In this document: in pieces, positions 28,602-38,256 of the stretch
Layout of the letters: the number at the start of each line of letters is the position of its first letter
Position numbering within the stretch: position 1 is the first letter of the stretch
Origin: a virus
DNA: 64,000 bases
Virus record (IMG/VR): IMGVR_UViG_3300028920_000045
Location: 32,001-96,000 of that record
Reading direction: 5' to 3' (one strand)
Notes under the pieces: model-generated
Database searches by the model: none
Told to the model about the DNA's origin: nothing
What the model saw: only the letters and a program-made list of their open reading frames with translations
Program-made: the position numbers and the translations under genes

Positions 28602-28961
28602 ATGGAAGACGTGATCGCCAAGGCACTCGGACACCTCCTCTCCTGGGAGGTACTCTCGCTGGCAGGAGGGGTGTACTTCCTCCTCGTCGTGGTGAAGATC
28701 CTGATCGGGCAGGAGGTCAAGGACAAGCCCTTGATCAACCGCCTCCTCTTCGTCGCCCCGTTCCTGGTCTGCGTCGGGGTGGCCTTCGTCCCGGGTATGT
28801 TCTCCGAGGTCTCGACCTGGGGTGGAGCCCTTCGCATGGGTCTCTGGACCGGTGGGGTGTCGATCTTCTATCACGTCTTCCTCAAGTTCCTCCTCGGGGA
28901 CAAGATCCGGAAGGCCATGTCGGACCGGGTCTCGTCCCTGATCGGGAAGGGCTCGTCGTGA
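28602..28961 (+). CDS. putative holin (about 3 TM helices)
   Basis: 119 aa, three hydrophobic segments, basic C-terminus, after the tail genes. Confidence 0.6.
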   Translation: MEDVIAKALGHLLSWEVLSLAGGVYFLLVVVKILIGQEVKDKPLINRLLFVAPFLVCVGVAFVPGMFSEVSTWGGALRMGLWTGGVSIFYHVFLKFLLGDKIRKAMSDRVSSLIGKGSS

Positions 28962-29353
28962 CCATCCTCAAGGAACGAGTCAAGACCCTCTGGCTTCGAG
29001 TTCGTCGGGGAGGGTGGAAGGTCTGGCTCGTCGTCGTCCTGGTCGTGGTCGGTGTCCTCGCGGTCCTCAAGTTCGTCCTCTCCGGTGGGGGTCTCTTCAC
29101 GACGAAGGGCAAGGCCGGGGAGAGGGTCCGCGAGGAAGTGAAGAAGACGGCCGGGATGATCGAGGGTGCCATCGCCGGGACCCGGGAGAGGATCAAGACA
29201 CGAACCAAGGTGATCGAGGAGAGGGAGACCGAGATCGAGGAGATCAAGACCCTCGACTCCGAGGTCGAGAAACTCCGACGTCTGGCCGAACTCTCGAATC
29301 GGACCGTCCCTCGACGTGGCCGGGACCAGGGGCGACGAAGGGGGTCACCGTGA
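28958..29353 (+). CDS. i-spanin-like membrane protein (N-terminal TM plus coiled coil)
   Basis: GTGA overlap; WLVVVLVVVGVLAVLKFVL followed by a charged helix. Confidence 0.55.
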   Translation: MTILKERVKTLWLRVRRGGWKVWLVVVLVVVGVLAVLKFVLSGGGLFTTKGKAGERVREEVKKTAGMIEGAIAGTRERIKTRTKVIEERETEIEEIKTLDSEVEKLRRLAELSNRTVPRRGRDQGRRRGSP

Positions 29354-29871
29354 ACCCAGACACCCGCCGAGGTCCGTTCGGCCGTCCTGGGGGACCTCAC
29401 GTCCTCCTGGTCGTGGTCCTGGTCGGTCTCATGTCCTCGATCCCGGGTCGGGCCTGGGCCGAGGGGATCAAGCTCCTTCCTGGTCTCCGAGTCGACTGGA
29501 CGACCCTCCCCGAGTTCCAGCCCGCTCCAGACCCAGACCCGATCCCGGCCGACGACCCCGGAGCGGTCCTCGTCGAGAAGGGACAGGAGGCTCCGTTCTC
29601 CGGTCTCCTGATCTCGGCCGACCGGATGATCTGGTACGAGGCCGTCGTCGTCCAGAGGGACAAGCTCAAGGTCCAGGTCGAAGAGACCGTCGACCTGGCC
29701 CAGACGATCCAGACCACGGCCCTCGAAGGGATGGAACGAGCCGCGAAAGCCGCCGAGCCCAAGTGGTACGAGTCACCCGAGGTCAACCGGTGGGGAGGGT
29801 TCCTCCTGGGTCTGGTCCTGGTCTCGGGTGTCGTCGGTGTCGCCGTCGGAGTCTCCCAGGCCGTCGACTAA
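29350..29871 (+). CDS. exported protein with C-terminal TM anchor (spanin-partner candidate)
   Basis: Signal peptide ending AWA, Pro-rich linker, GQEAPFSGLL, coiled coil, Gly-rich TM. Confidence 0.55.
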   Translation: MNPDTRRGPFGRPGGPHVLLVVVLVGLMSSIPGRAWAEGIKLLPGLRVDWTTLPEFQPAPDPDPIPADDPGAVLVEKGQEAPFSGLLISADRMIWYEAVVVQRDKLKVQVEETVDLAQTIQTTALEGMERAAKAAEPKWYESPEVNRWGGFLLGLVLVSGVVGVAVGVSQAVD

Positions 29872-29899
29872 CGTGTCCCCTCCCCGCGCCTAGTCCGTC

Positions 29900-29921
29900 C
29901 AGCTCTCGAAGTATCCTTCGA
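29900..29921 (+). promoter_or_regulatory. candidate phage promoter/operator motif (copy 1)
   Basis: cagctctcgaagtatc is identical to 48095-48110; contains the palindrome TCGAAG-TATC-CTTCGA. Confidence 0.5.
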
Positions 29922-29968
29922 CTCTATACCCGGAGCCCTCACACCCTCCGGGGTCGAGGTTGTCGACT

Positions 29969-30202
29969 GTGAAGAAGAACCCCCTCCGAGAGAAGTTCCG
30001 ACCAGGGGTCCGAGACCCCGATGTCGTCTGTCGAGGGAGGGAGATCCTGACCGGGTTCTGTGTCCGTCACCGATGGCGGGTCAACCGGGACGGGCTTCCC
30101 TGCGACGAGGCGAACCAGAGGAACGTGACCCGGTGCGGGGAGTGTGTCCACTATCGGAGCCCGAAGGACGAGGTCGAAGATGATCCGCTTCCGCGTCGGT
30201 GA
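29969..30202 (+). CDS. small Cys-rich hypothetical protein
   Basis: GTG after gaggt; five Cys including CGEC. Confidence 0.5.
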   Translation: MKKNPLREKFRPGVRDPDVVCRGREILTGFCVRHRWRVNRDGLPCDEANQRNVTRCGECVHYRSPKDEVEDDPLPRR

Positions 30203-31652
30203 CGCCCGCACTGTGATCGAGGGAGTCGAGAAGTCGCTTCTCCGGGACCTCGACGAGATAACCTCGTACAAGATCGATGGAGCCCACTTCTCTCCGTCGT
30301 TCCGTCAACGACGGTGGGACGGGAAGACTCACCTCTTGAGGTACTCCCGTCGATTCGGACTCCGGTTGTACACGGGTCTCGTCCCGATAGCTGCTAGGTA
30401 CCTCCGGAACCTCGGACACCGGGTCGAGGTGATCGACGAGAGACGACCTCTCAACCGAACCGTTGACACTCCCCTCCCGTGGCTCGACGACGAGTTCGTC
30501 CTCCGTCCCTACCAGGAGGATTCGGTTGAGGCCATCCTCTCGAAGAACCCCGACCTCCCCGGCCGAGGGATGGTCTCGTCGGCCGTCCGGTCTGGCAAGA
30601 CCGTTATGGCCGGGGGGTTAATCCATCGGACCCAGGCGAGGGCTCTCTTCCTCGTACATCAGGAGAGGCAGTTCGATCAGACCTGGAGGTTGTACTCTCA
30701 CCTCTTCGGCCGTGACCGTGTCGGGATGGTCGGGTCGGGGTACTGGGAACCGAACGACGTGACCGTCGGGATGGTCCAGGCCCTCCACCCGAAGAGGAAG
30801 ACGGCCGAGGTCAAGAGACTCCTCCAGTCCGTCGACGTCCTCGTCGTCGACGAGTGTCACCACCTCAAGCAAGCCCAGACCTGGAAGGACCTGGTCCTCA
30901 AGTGTGACGCCCGGATCAAGGTCGGGATCTCGGCCACGATTTACCTCTCCAGGAAGAAGGAGTCCGAGAAGGCAACGGTCTGGCTCCAGGCCCTCACCGG
31001 TCCCCTCCTCTACACGATCTCGACGAAGAGGTTGATCAAGATGGGCGTCCTCGTCCCGGCGACGATCCGACTGGTCAAGGTCCAGGGACCAGACGTCGTC
31101 GACGTGGACTGGGACCAGGCCCAGAAGAAGGGGATCGTCCAGCACGATCAGAGAAACCGGATCATCGCCCGTATCGCCCAGAGGAGGGTGAGGAAGGGAC
31201 GGAAGGTCCTGGTTATAGCCCGACGTCGTGAGCACATCGACCGACTGATCTCCGAGTTCCAGGAGCACGACCTCGGTGACCTGGTCGTGAGGATCGACGG
31301 ACGGACTCCGAAGGGGACCAGGACGAAGAGGGTCTCCCAGTTCGTCGACGGATCAAAGCCTCTCTTGATCGGGTCCGTCTTCCAGGAGGCGGTCGACATC
31401 CCCCAGATCGAGGACGTGATCGTCGCGGACGGTGGGAAGGACAGGAAGGCCACGATCCAGAAACTCCGGAACCTCACCCCTCACAAGGGGAAGACTGATC
31501 GGGTCTACGTGTACGACATGATCGACTTGCACAACCCGACCTTGGCAGCTCACAGTCGGGCTCGGATCAGTGCCTATCGGTCCGAGGACTGTTTCGACTT
31601 CGAGGTGATCGACTGGTCGAAGAGAAAGACCAGGAAGAAGGGACGACGTTGA
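30180..31652 (+). CDS. superfamily 2 DEAD/H helicase (UvsW-like)
   Basis: LRPYQ, SGKT, DECHH, ISAT and EAVDIP motifs. Confidence 0.92.
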   Translation: MIRFRVGDARTVIEGVEKSLLRDLDEITSYKIDGAHFSPSFRQRRWDGKTHLLRYSRRFGLRLYTGLVPIAARYLRNLGHRVEVIDERRPLNRTVDTPLPWLDDEFVLRPYQEDSVEAILSKNPDLPGRGMVSSAVRSGKTVMAGGLIHRTQARALFLVHQERQFDQTWRLYSHLFGRDRVGMVGSGYWEPNDVTVGMVQALHPKRKTAEVKRLLQSVDVLVVDECHHLKQAQTWKDLVLKCDARIKVGISATIYLSRKKESEKATVWLQALTGPLLYTISTKRLIKMGVLVPATIRLVKVQGPDVVDVDWDQAQKKGIVQHDQRNRIIARIAQRRVRKGRKVLVIARRREHIDRLISEFQEHDLGDLVVRIDGRTPKGTRTKRVSQFVDGSKPLLIGSVFQEAVDIPQIEDVIVADGGKDRKATIQKLRNLTPHKGKTDRVYVYDMIDLHNPTLAAHSRARISAYRSEDCFDFEVIDWSKRKTRKKGRR

Positions 31653-31678
31653 CAGAGTAAGGTGTGACGTGCTAACGG
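31649..31678 (+). promoter_or_regulatory. possible sigma-70-type promoter for the initiator operon
   Basis: Perfect TTGACA, 18-nt spacer, weak TG-c-TAACGG. Confidence 0.3.
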
Positions 31679-31744
31679 TGGACACACTCCGGACCCGATC
31701 CCTAGCTGCACGGTCGAGACCGGGGTGTCCGATCCGAGGAGAAC

Positions 31745-33328
31745 GTGAGTAAGTCTTCTTCGCGTCGACAGACCCGGAAACGGGTCCCGGCCTCTCGTCC
31801 CCTGAAACGGGGTCGCGGTTCTCCCGAGAGGTCGGGGTCAGTGCAGCCCGGAGACGTCGCGCTCCCCGATAGGAGCGGGGGAACCGAGTCCTCGTCCGTC
31901 GGTTCCCCCGCTCCCCTCCCCACAAGTCTCCGACGGACGTCCATCGGACTTCTCCTCGGGGACCTCTCCACTATGACCGACGACCCCGTCGGTCTCCTCC
32001 TCGCCGCGATCAAGGACCACGTCGGAGACCTGGCAGCTCGGGCCTTCGGCGTGGTCCTCCTCTCCACCTTCACCGGACGACAGGTCTCACGGCGGGACCT
32101 GGTCGACCTTGGTCTCTCTGTCCAGAATCTTCGGACCGCAAAGAAGAGACTCCAGGAGTTCGGAGTCTTCTTCGAGTTCGCACGGGGGACGGAGAAGAGG
32201 ACCGACTTCGTCGTCCGTGGATACGACCTCCTCTGGGACACGGCCGAACGTATCCAGGCGAACGGACACTTCGACGATCTCCGGTCCGAAGTGCTCAAGA
32301 TGATCGAGACCGACCTGGGTCCTGTGCCGATACCAAGCGGACCCTTTAGACTGGGAGAAGACACAGTCAATCCGGCCTTTGTGTTAGGGGGCAACACAAA
32401 GGCCAACACAAAGGCGGGGACCAGTTCCTCAACGGGTGATTTTACCGAGACAGGTTCTCCAGTCAATCCAGCCTTTGTGTTAGGGCCAGACGCCTTTGTG
32501 TTGGCCGACGGAACGACCGTGTCTCTGGACGTGGTCTTCGAGGACGTTAACACAAAGGCTGGAATCACTAAACGAAAGTCTCGTCTAAAGGCCCTCCTCG
32601 TACGTACGGGTGAACGTACGTCCGGGTCGCGCGGAGATAGAACAGAGAAAGAAGAGAAGAGAGGGAGGAAGAGAAAGAAGAAGTCAAAGGAGAAGAGTCG
32701 GACGAAACCGCTCCCCGGTGGTCCTCGAAAGACATTCGTCGGTGACCCGGCCGAAGTCCGACGTCTTCTCTCCCTCCGTCGTCCGACCGGTCCTGACCAG
32801 AAGAGGAGGTCGGACCTCGTCCGGGTCCTGTCCGTCCGCTTCGACGGGGTGTACCGGAAGGCCTGGCGGAAGAAGGTCGGACGTCGACCGATGTCAGCTC
32901 GCCCGGGTGACTTCGAGACGGTCGCAATCTGGACGACCCTCCAGGGGATCGACCCGGCCGAGTTCGTCGACTGGGTCACCGAGGAGTATTCGTTCACGGG
33001 TGAGGCCGTCGCCTCCGTCGGGATGATCAGGTCGAGGAAGGTCTGGGACCGGTGGCTCTCGAAGCACCCGAAGAAGAGGACCAGGAAGAAGGGACACGCG
33101 GGGTTCTCGTACGACGAGGACCCGGACGAGGACGACCTCAAGTCCAGACTCGTCCGGGCCGGTCTCGACGGAGCCGAGGACCTCGACGACAAGACCCTCG
33201 CCCGGATCGAGAGACTGTCTCGGGCCACGGTCAAGGCAGGGGGGAAGATCCCGCACACCTCGAAGAGACTCCGACCGTTCGTCGAGTGGGCCTGGAAGAA
33301 CGTGTACCGGAAGGAGAAGAAGAAGTGA
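31745..33328 (+). CDS. putative replication initiator (lambda O-like architecture)
   Basis: HTH-like N-terminal half, low-complexity linker carrying DNA iterons, followed by DnaC-like and DnaB genes. Confidence 0.6.
   Translation: MSKSSSRRQTRKRVPASRPLKRGRGSPERSGSVQPGDVALPDRSGGTESSSVGSPAPLPTSLRRTSIGLLLGDLSTMTDDPVGLLLAAIKDHVGDLAARAFGVVLLSTFTGRQVSRRDLVDLGLSVQNLRTAKKRLQEFGVFFEFARGTEKRTDFVVRGYDLLWDTAERIQANGHFDDLRSEVLKMIETDLGPVPIPSGPFRLGEDTVNPAFVLGGNTKANTKAGTSSSTGDFTETGSPVNPAFVLGPDAFVLADGTTVSLDVVFEDVNTKAGITKRKSRLKALLVRTGERTSGSRGDRTEKEEKRGRKRKKKSKEKSRTKPLPGGPRKTFVGDPAEVRRLLSLRRPTGPDQKRRSDLVRVLSVRFDGVYRKAWRKKVGRRPMSARPGDFETVAIWTTLQGIDPAEFVDWVTEEYSFTGEAVASVGMIRSRKVWDRWLSKHPKKRTRKKGHAGFSYDEDPDEDDLKSRLVRAGLDGAEDLDDKTLARIERLSRATVKAGGKIPHTSKRLRPFVEWAWKNVYRKEKKK
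32365..32563. repeat. six 11-bp iterons GCCTTTGTGTT in both orientations; putative replication origin
   Basis: Copies at 32375(+), 32393(-), 32405(-), 32471(+), 32492(+), 32549(-) in a locally AT-richer segment. Confidence 0.85.
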
Positions 33329-34110
33329 TCGACCTCCAGAGACTCGACCTCGAAATGACCGAGGCGAGGACGAAGATCGCGGACGGGTGTCCGAAGTGTG
33401 ACGGGGTCGGGTGCCACGTCCCGGACGACGAGGACATCGACCCCGACACCCTGGAACCGAAGGTCGTCCCCTGCGAGTGTGTCGTCCGACTCCGTCGAGA
33501 GATCTCCCTGATCGATGGGAACGTCCCCAGGGAGTTCCGTCGTCGACTCAAGAGACATTTTGATCTCTTCTCCGACGGACCGAACTCCGAGGTCGCGGAC
33601 CTCCTCCGGGCGTACGTCTCGAAGTTCAAGGCAGCTCGTCGACACGGACTCGGGTTCCTCTTCTCGGGCGAGAATGGGACGGGGAAGACACTCGCCTCGT
33701 CGTGGCTCTTGACCAGGGCCATCGCCCGGGGGTACTCGGTCTTCTACTCGACCGTAGAGGAGTGGCTCCAGGCCGTGACCCAGGGGTACCGGGACGAGGA
33801 GTTTGCGGAGTGGGTCGACTCGAAGAGGGACGTCGACTTCCTTGTCCTGGACGAACTCGGGAAGGAGCACCGGGCCAAGGGGTCCGACTTCGCACTGGCG
33901 CAAATTGATCGGTTGATCCGTTCCAGGTCCTCGGGTCTCCTCCCGACGGTCGTGGTCACGAACCTCGGGGTCGACGAACTGGAGGACGCCGTCGGGTCGT
34001 CCCTGGCTTCGATCCTCCGAGGTCGTCGATTCCGGACCGTCGAATTCGAGCCCGGTGATCACCGTGGGTCCGTTGACTGGGAGGAGTTACTCGAAGATGC
34101 CGAAGACTAG
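33325..34110 (+). CDS. DnaC/IstB-like AAA+ helicase loader
   Basis: CPKC...CEC Zn motif, GENGTGKT, LVLDELGKE, VVTNL. Confidence 0.9.
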   Translation: MIDLQRLDLEMTEARTKIADGCPKCDGVGCHVPDDEDIDPDTLEPKVVPCECVVRLRREISLIDGNVPREFRRRLKRHFDLFSDGPNSEVADLLRAYVSKFKAARRHGLGFLFSGENGTGKTLASSWLLTRAIARGYSVFYSTVEEWLQAVTQGYRDEEFAEWVDSKRDVDFLVLDELGKEHRAKGSDFALAQIDRLIRSRSSGLLPTVVVTNLGVDELEDAVGSSLASILRGRRFRTVEFEPGDHRGSVDWEELLEDAED

Positions 34111-35464
34111 ATTCGACGTCGACCTGGAGAGGTCGGTCCTGGCCCGATGTCTGGAGGACCCCACGTTCCTCCGAGAGACGGTCGAGGTCGCGGCGCACCA
34201 CGACTTCTCGACCAAGCCCCATGCCTGGGTCTTCGCTCACCTGTCCCGTCACTACAGGAAGAGACGGGAGGTCATGAGTGGTCGGTCCCTGGTCGCCCGA
34301 CTCCGGGCCGAGATTAGGGACTCGGACACCCGTGGTCTCCACGCAAAGGCCATCCGGGAGATCGTCGACACGAAACCCGTTGACGCTGGAGCCGCCCTCG
34401 ACCTCCTCCGGGACTTCGTCCGGTTCCAGAGGATGCACTCGACCACGGTCACCGTCGTCGAGAAGCTAGAGAAGGGAGACCTCGACGGGGCCGAGGCCGA
34501 GTTCGTCCGACAGTCCAGGGAGAGAGTCGGTCGAGTGAGGTACGACTCCCTCGACTGGTACGGGTCCTTCGACGAACGAGTCGCGGACACCCTCCGGGAG
34601 ATCAAGGAAGGGAAACGTCTCCGGATACGGACCGGGATCAGGAGCCTCGACCGGATCATCCTCGGACAGCACATCGGGGAACTCGGGATGATCCTCGCCA
34701 CGACCGGGAAGGGGAAGACCATCCTCCTCCTCAACTTCACCGTCGCCGCTGTCCTCCAGGGGTTCGGGGGGATCTTCTTCGCCCTGGAAATGCCAGCTCG
34801 ACAGATCGCCCGACGACTGGACTCCCGCATCCTCAAGGTCCCGTACACTCACCTCCGTCAAATGAAGTTCTCGCACTCCGACTGGGTCGAGATCGAGGGG
34901 ATGATCAGTCGGAGGGAGTCGACGTTCAAGGACAAGATCCAGATCGTGTCGGTCCCCGTGTCGAAGTGTACGACGTCCCTCCTGGAGTCGATCATCGAAG
35001 AGAGGCGGGCCGATGGTCACCCGGTCGACTTCGTTATGTTTGACTCACTCGACCACGTCAAGTCGGACGTCCGTCGACGGTACGAGCAGAAGAGACACGA
35101 AGCCTCCGACGTGTACTGGTGGGCCAAGGGTCTTGCGATGGGTTCGGAGTCAACTCCTGGGTTTGCATCCTGGACGACCTGTCACGCCGGTCGGGAGTGG
35201 AGGTACCGTATCGCCACGCCCGAGGCGACCTCGGAGTCGTACGACAAGTCGAGGATCGTGGACGTCGCCCTCTCGGTGAACCAGACCAGGGCCGAGGAGA
35301 AGGCCGGAATCCTGACCGGGTATCTGGCGAAGTACCGGGACGGACCGTCCTGGGTCCGTATCCCGATGTCGACGAATTATCAGCTCATGACGTACCGGGA
35401 ACTCCGGGAGTCCGAACGAGCGGCGATCATGGGAGAAGACGAAGAGGAGGAAGACGCGGCATGA
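34097..35464 (+). CDS. dnaB: DnaB-like replicative helicase
   Basis: RTGIRSLD, ATTGKGKT, FALEM, MFDSLD, AKYRDG. Confidence 0.88.
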   Translation: MPKTRFDVDLERSVLARCLEDPTFLRETVEVAAHHDFSTKPHAWVFAHLSRHYRKRREVMSGRSLVARLRAEIRDSDTRGLHAKAIREIVDTKPVDAGAALDLLRDFVRFQRMHSTTVTVVEKLEKGDLDGAEAEFVRQSRERVGRVRYDSLDWYGSFDERVADTLREIKEGKRLRIRTGIRSLDRIILGQHIGELGMILATTGKGKTILLLNFTVAAVLQGFGGIFFALEMPARQIARRLDSRILKVPYTHLRQMKFSHSDWVEIEGMISRRESTFKDKIQIVSVPVSKCTTSLLESIIEERRADGHPVDFVMFDSLDHVKSDVRRRYEQKRHEASDVYWWAKGLAMGSESTPGFASWTTCHAGREWRYRIATPEATSESYDKSRIVDVALSVNQTRAEEKAGILTGYLAKYRDGPSWVRIPMSTNYQLMTYRELRESERAAIMGEDEEEEDAA

Positions 35465-35898
35465 AGAAGAAGACGAAGAGGGACGGGGTCGAGGTCCTGT
35501 ACGAGTACTCCCAGGAGAAAAGGGTCTGCGTCTTCTGTCCGAAGATGGAAGGAGGGGTTCCGGCCGTCGCGGAGAGAGTCGTCCAGGATCACCCCGGGTC
35601 GACTCACGCTGACCTGGTCAAGCAAGGAGGCCCGGACGAGAATCGCTGGTTTGAATTCCGGGTCGTGTATCCGGTCCCCGAACGGGGGCAGGATCTTGAC
35701 CTGGCCCCAGACGGGGACCCGTGCGCGGTGTACTTCGACTGCCAGTCGCCGGGTCACGATCAGGACAAGTCGTACACTCGGATGCGGATTGTCCCGAGGT
35801 CTTCGACGGTCGACGACCTGGTCGGTGTCGCACTCTCCGTTATGAATGACCCGAAGACGGATCGACTCGCCGTGATCCGAATCGAGATCCAGGACTAG
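35461..35898 (+). CDS. hypothetical protein
   Basis: ATGA overlap with the helicase stop; fills the gap to primase. Confidence 0.6.
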   Translation: MKKKTKRDGVEVLYEYSQEKRVCVFCPKMEGGVPAVAERVVQDHPGSTHADLVKQGGPDENRWFEFRVVYPVPERGQDLDLAPDGDPCAVYFDCQSPGHDQDKSYTRMRIVPRSSTVDDLVGVALSVMNDPKTDRLAVIRIEIQD

Positions 35899-35902
35899 GC
35901 CG

Positions 35903-36889
35903 GTGAGGGTCGACTTCGAGGAGCACCTCTCGACCCTGTCGGAGACTCGTATCCGGGGAGGGAAGTCCGGTCCTCAAGTCCTGGTCCGTGACTGTCCCCT
36001 CTGTGGCGACGACGGGTGGCACCTCTACGTCAACGCTCGCACCGGGTACTGGAAGTGCTTTAAGTGCTCCCAGTCGGGGTCGTACCTCCGACTCGGAGCG
36101 GCCTTCTCCGGGATACCCGTACATGAGGCAGCTCGGAGTCTCCGGGGTCTTCCTCGTCGTCGGGCTCCGGGGTACTCGTCCCTGGAGAAGATCAAGGAAC
36201 GACTTGACGCTCTGACCTGGGACCACCTCCTCCCTCCCCCGGAGATCGACGTCCCTCTTCCGGCCGAGTTCCTCGGGTGTCGAGTCGAGGGAGGGTGGAG
36301 GGTACCTCGACCGGTGAAGAAGAGAGGATTCCGTCGGTCGACCTTGGCCGAGTTCGGTCTGGGGTTCTGTCTCCTGGGGAAGTACCGGAACCGGATCGTC
36401 GTCCCTATCGTGACCGGGACGAGTCACGCCTTCCAGTCTAGGGCGTTCACGAAGGGTCAGGACCCGAAGTACCTCTCCCCGTCGGTGGACATGAGTCGAC
36501 TCCTTTTCGGGGAACCGTGGCTCGGTCCTCGGGAGAGGTTCGTCGTCGTGGTCGAGGGAGTCTTCGACGCACTCCGTCTCTGGGAGTACGGACTCCCCGC
36601 CGTGTCGACCCTGGGGAAGACGGTCTCGGAACGACAAGCCGTCCTGATCGGTGAGAGGACGGAGAAGGTGATCCTCTTCTACGACTCGGACGACGACGGG
36701 ATCTTCGGTCCTGTGTCAGAGGCAACCCGTATACTCTCGTCCGTCGTCCGAGAGGTCAAGGTCGCCTGGCCTCCGGAGGGGAAGGACCCGGACGAGTGTA
36801 CGAGAGACGAGGTTGTCCAGTCGATCAAGGACTCCAGGAACGGGGCCGACGTCTCGTCTGTTCTCGGACGTCGAGTCGGTCGACTATAA
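35903..36889 (+). CDS. DNA primase (Zn finger plus TOPRIM)
   Basis: CPLC...CFKC, PKYLSP, EGVFDA, DSDDDG, KDPDE. Confidence 0.92.
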   Translation: MRVDFEEHLSTLSETRIRGGKSGPQVLVRDCPLCGDDGWHLYVNARTGYWKCFKCSQSGSYLRLGAAFSGIPVHEAARSLRGLPRRRAPGYSSLEKIKERLDALTWDHLLPPPEIDVPLPAEFLGCRVEGGWRVPRPVKKRGFRRSTLAEFGLGFCLLGKYRNRIVVPIVTGTSHAFQSRAFTKGQDPKYLSPSVDMSRLLFGEPWLGPRERFVVVVEGVFDALRLWEYGLPAVSTLGKTVSERQAVLIGERTEKVILFYDSDDDGIFGPVSEATRILSSVVREVKVAWPPEGKDPDECTRDEVVQSIKDSRNGADVSSVLGRRVGRL

Positions 36890-36953
36890 GTCCCCTAGAA
36901 GTTTTTAGAGCGCAAACACGCGGGACCTCTACGGAACCCGCTACAATCCGGGG

Positions 36954-36982
36954 TTGACTTCCTTGTCTGCTTCGAGTATGAT
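36954..36982 (+). promoter_or_regulatory. sigma-70 early promoter
   Basis: TTGACT-17 nt-TATGAT in an AT-richer intergenic gap, followed by SD gaggag and ATG 37021. Confidence 0.85.
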
Positions 36983-37020
36983 CCCCGGCGAGAGTGGAGA
37001 CCCGGACGGGGAGGAGACCA

Positions 37021-38256
37021 ATGCCTAGAGGACCAGTCGACAGAAACGGGAACCGACGGATCAAGTGTAAGGAGTGCGGGACCTGGCATCATGCCCTCGC
37101 CCCCCACCTCGGGAAAAAACACGGGATGTCCGTCGAGGAGTACATCGACAAGCACCGGGACCCGGATTCCGGTGTCGCCCCCTTGACGATCTCCGAGTAC
37201 GCCTCGAAGGAGATCGACAGGAACCGGAAGAAGAAGGGGAAGAGGGAGCGGCCGACGTCGAAGAAGAAGAACAAGGTCACCCGTCCCCCCGAGGTCCTCG
37301 ACATCGGAGGATGGGAGGTCGAGATCAGACCGGACGACGACATCCCCGACTCGGCCCGCGACGACATCCCCGTCCACGACGAGCACTGGGAGGTCGACGA
37401 GGACTTCTTCTCCCGAGTGGCCGAGGCGATCTTCCTGGACGAAGTCCTCATGATCGTCGGTCCGACTGGAGGAGGGAAGACGTCCGGGGTCGGGGAGTTC
37501 GCCTCACTGGTCAATGCGCCCTGGGTTCGTATCCAGGGGGACAAGGAAACCTCGGTCGGAAAACTCTTCGGGAAGACGAAGGTCGTGACCGACCCGGAGA
37601 CGAAGAAGCGGGTCACGGTCTTCGTCGAGGGGATCATCCCCCGGGCTCTCCGTCTCGGGTACTTCATTGTGATCGACGAGGTCGACGGACTCGACGAGGA
37701 CATCCGACTCGCCCTCCACGAAGTTCTCGAAAAGGACGCCCAGGGTCGACGTCGGTGTACCCTGGAGACGAACCTCGACGACGAGGTCGCCCGGGTCGTC
37801 TGGGCTCACCCTCGGACCAGGTTCTTCCTCACGGGCAACAACCTCGGATCGGATCTCATGGGTCTGTACGGGGGGACGGACTCGGCTCCGAACCTCGCTT
37901 TCCTCGACCGGTGTGAGAGAGTCAACGTGACGTACCCTCCGAAGGAGGTGATCTCGTCCATCGTTCACAATAAGTCGGGAGGTCTCGACGTTCGGTACTG
38001 TGATCTGATCGCCAACGCCGTACACGAGATCCTGGAGGCCCATGTCAACGCGGGTTTGACCTGGGTCTTCTCGATCCGTCGGGCCGTCACTCTCGGGCTC
38101 AAGTTCAAGTTGTACGAGGAGAGGGGTCTCCCGAAGTCGGACGCGGTCCAGAGGGTGATCCTCGACAACGTCCCGACCCCCGACATTCGGAACGACGTCC
38201 GAGGGATCATACAGAGGGTCGGGCTTCCCGTTCCGACGGTGAGGGCGACACCGTGA
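37021..38256 (+). CDS. MoxR/CobS-like AAA+ ATPase with N-terminal C2H2 (Ros/MucR-like) Zn finger
   Basis: CKEC...HL..KHGMSVEEY; GPTGGGKT; IDEVD; HPRTRFFLTGN; AFLDR; SIR. Confidence 0.9.
   Translation: MPRGPVDRNGNRRIKCKECGTWHHALAPHLGKKHGMSVEEYIDKHRDPDSGVAPLTISEYASKEIDRNRKKKGKRERPTSKKKNKVTRPPEVLDIGGWEVEIRPDDDIPDSARDDIPVHDEHWEVDEDFFSRVAEAIFLDEVLMIVGPTGGGKTSGVGEFASLVNAPWVRIQGDKETSVGKLFGKTKVVTDPETKKRVTVFVEGIIPRALRLGYFIVIDEVDGLDEDIRLALHEVLEKDAQGRRRCTLETNLDDEVARVVWAHPRTRFFLTGNNLGSDLMGLYGGTDSAPNLAFLDRCERVNVTYPPKEVISSIVHNKSGGLDVRYCDLIANAVHEILEAHVNAGLTWVFSIRRAVTLGLKFKLYEERGLPKSDAVQRVILDNVPTPDIRNDVRGIIQRVGLPVPTVRATP

Noticed and set aside
24211-28626. 1471-aa minus-strand ORF and many other long antisense ORFs (e.g. 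48063-50714, 31702-34062, 8732-10870)
   Set aside because: They are shadows of plus-strand genes: biased codons rarely give antisense stops, and the translations are low-complexity with no motifs
33325-34110. IS21 istB insertion sequence
   Set aside because: No IstA transposase or terminal inverted repeats; the context is initiator-loader-helicase
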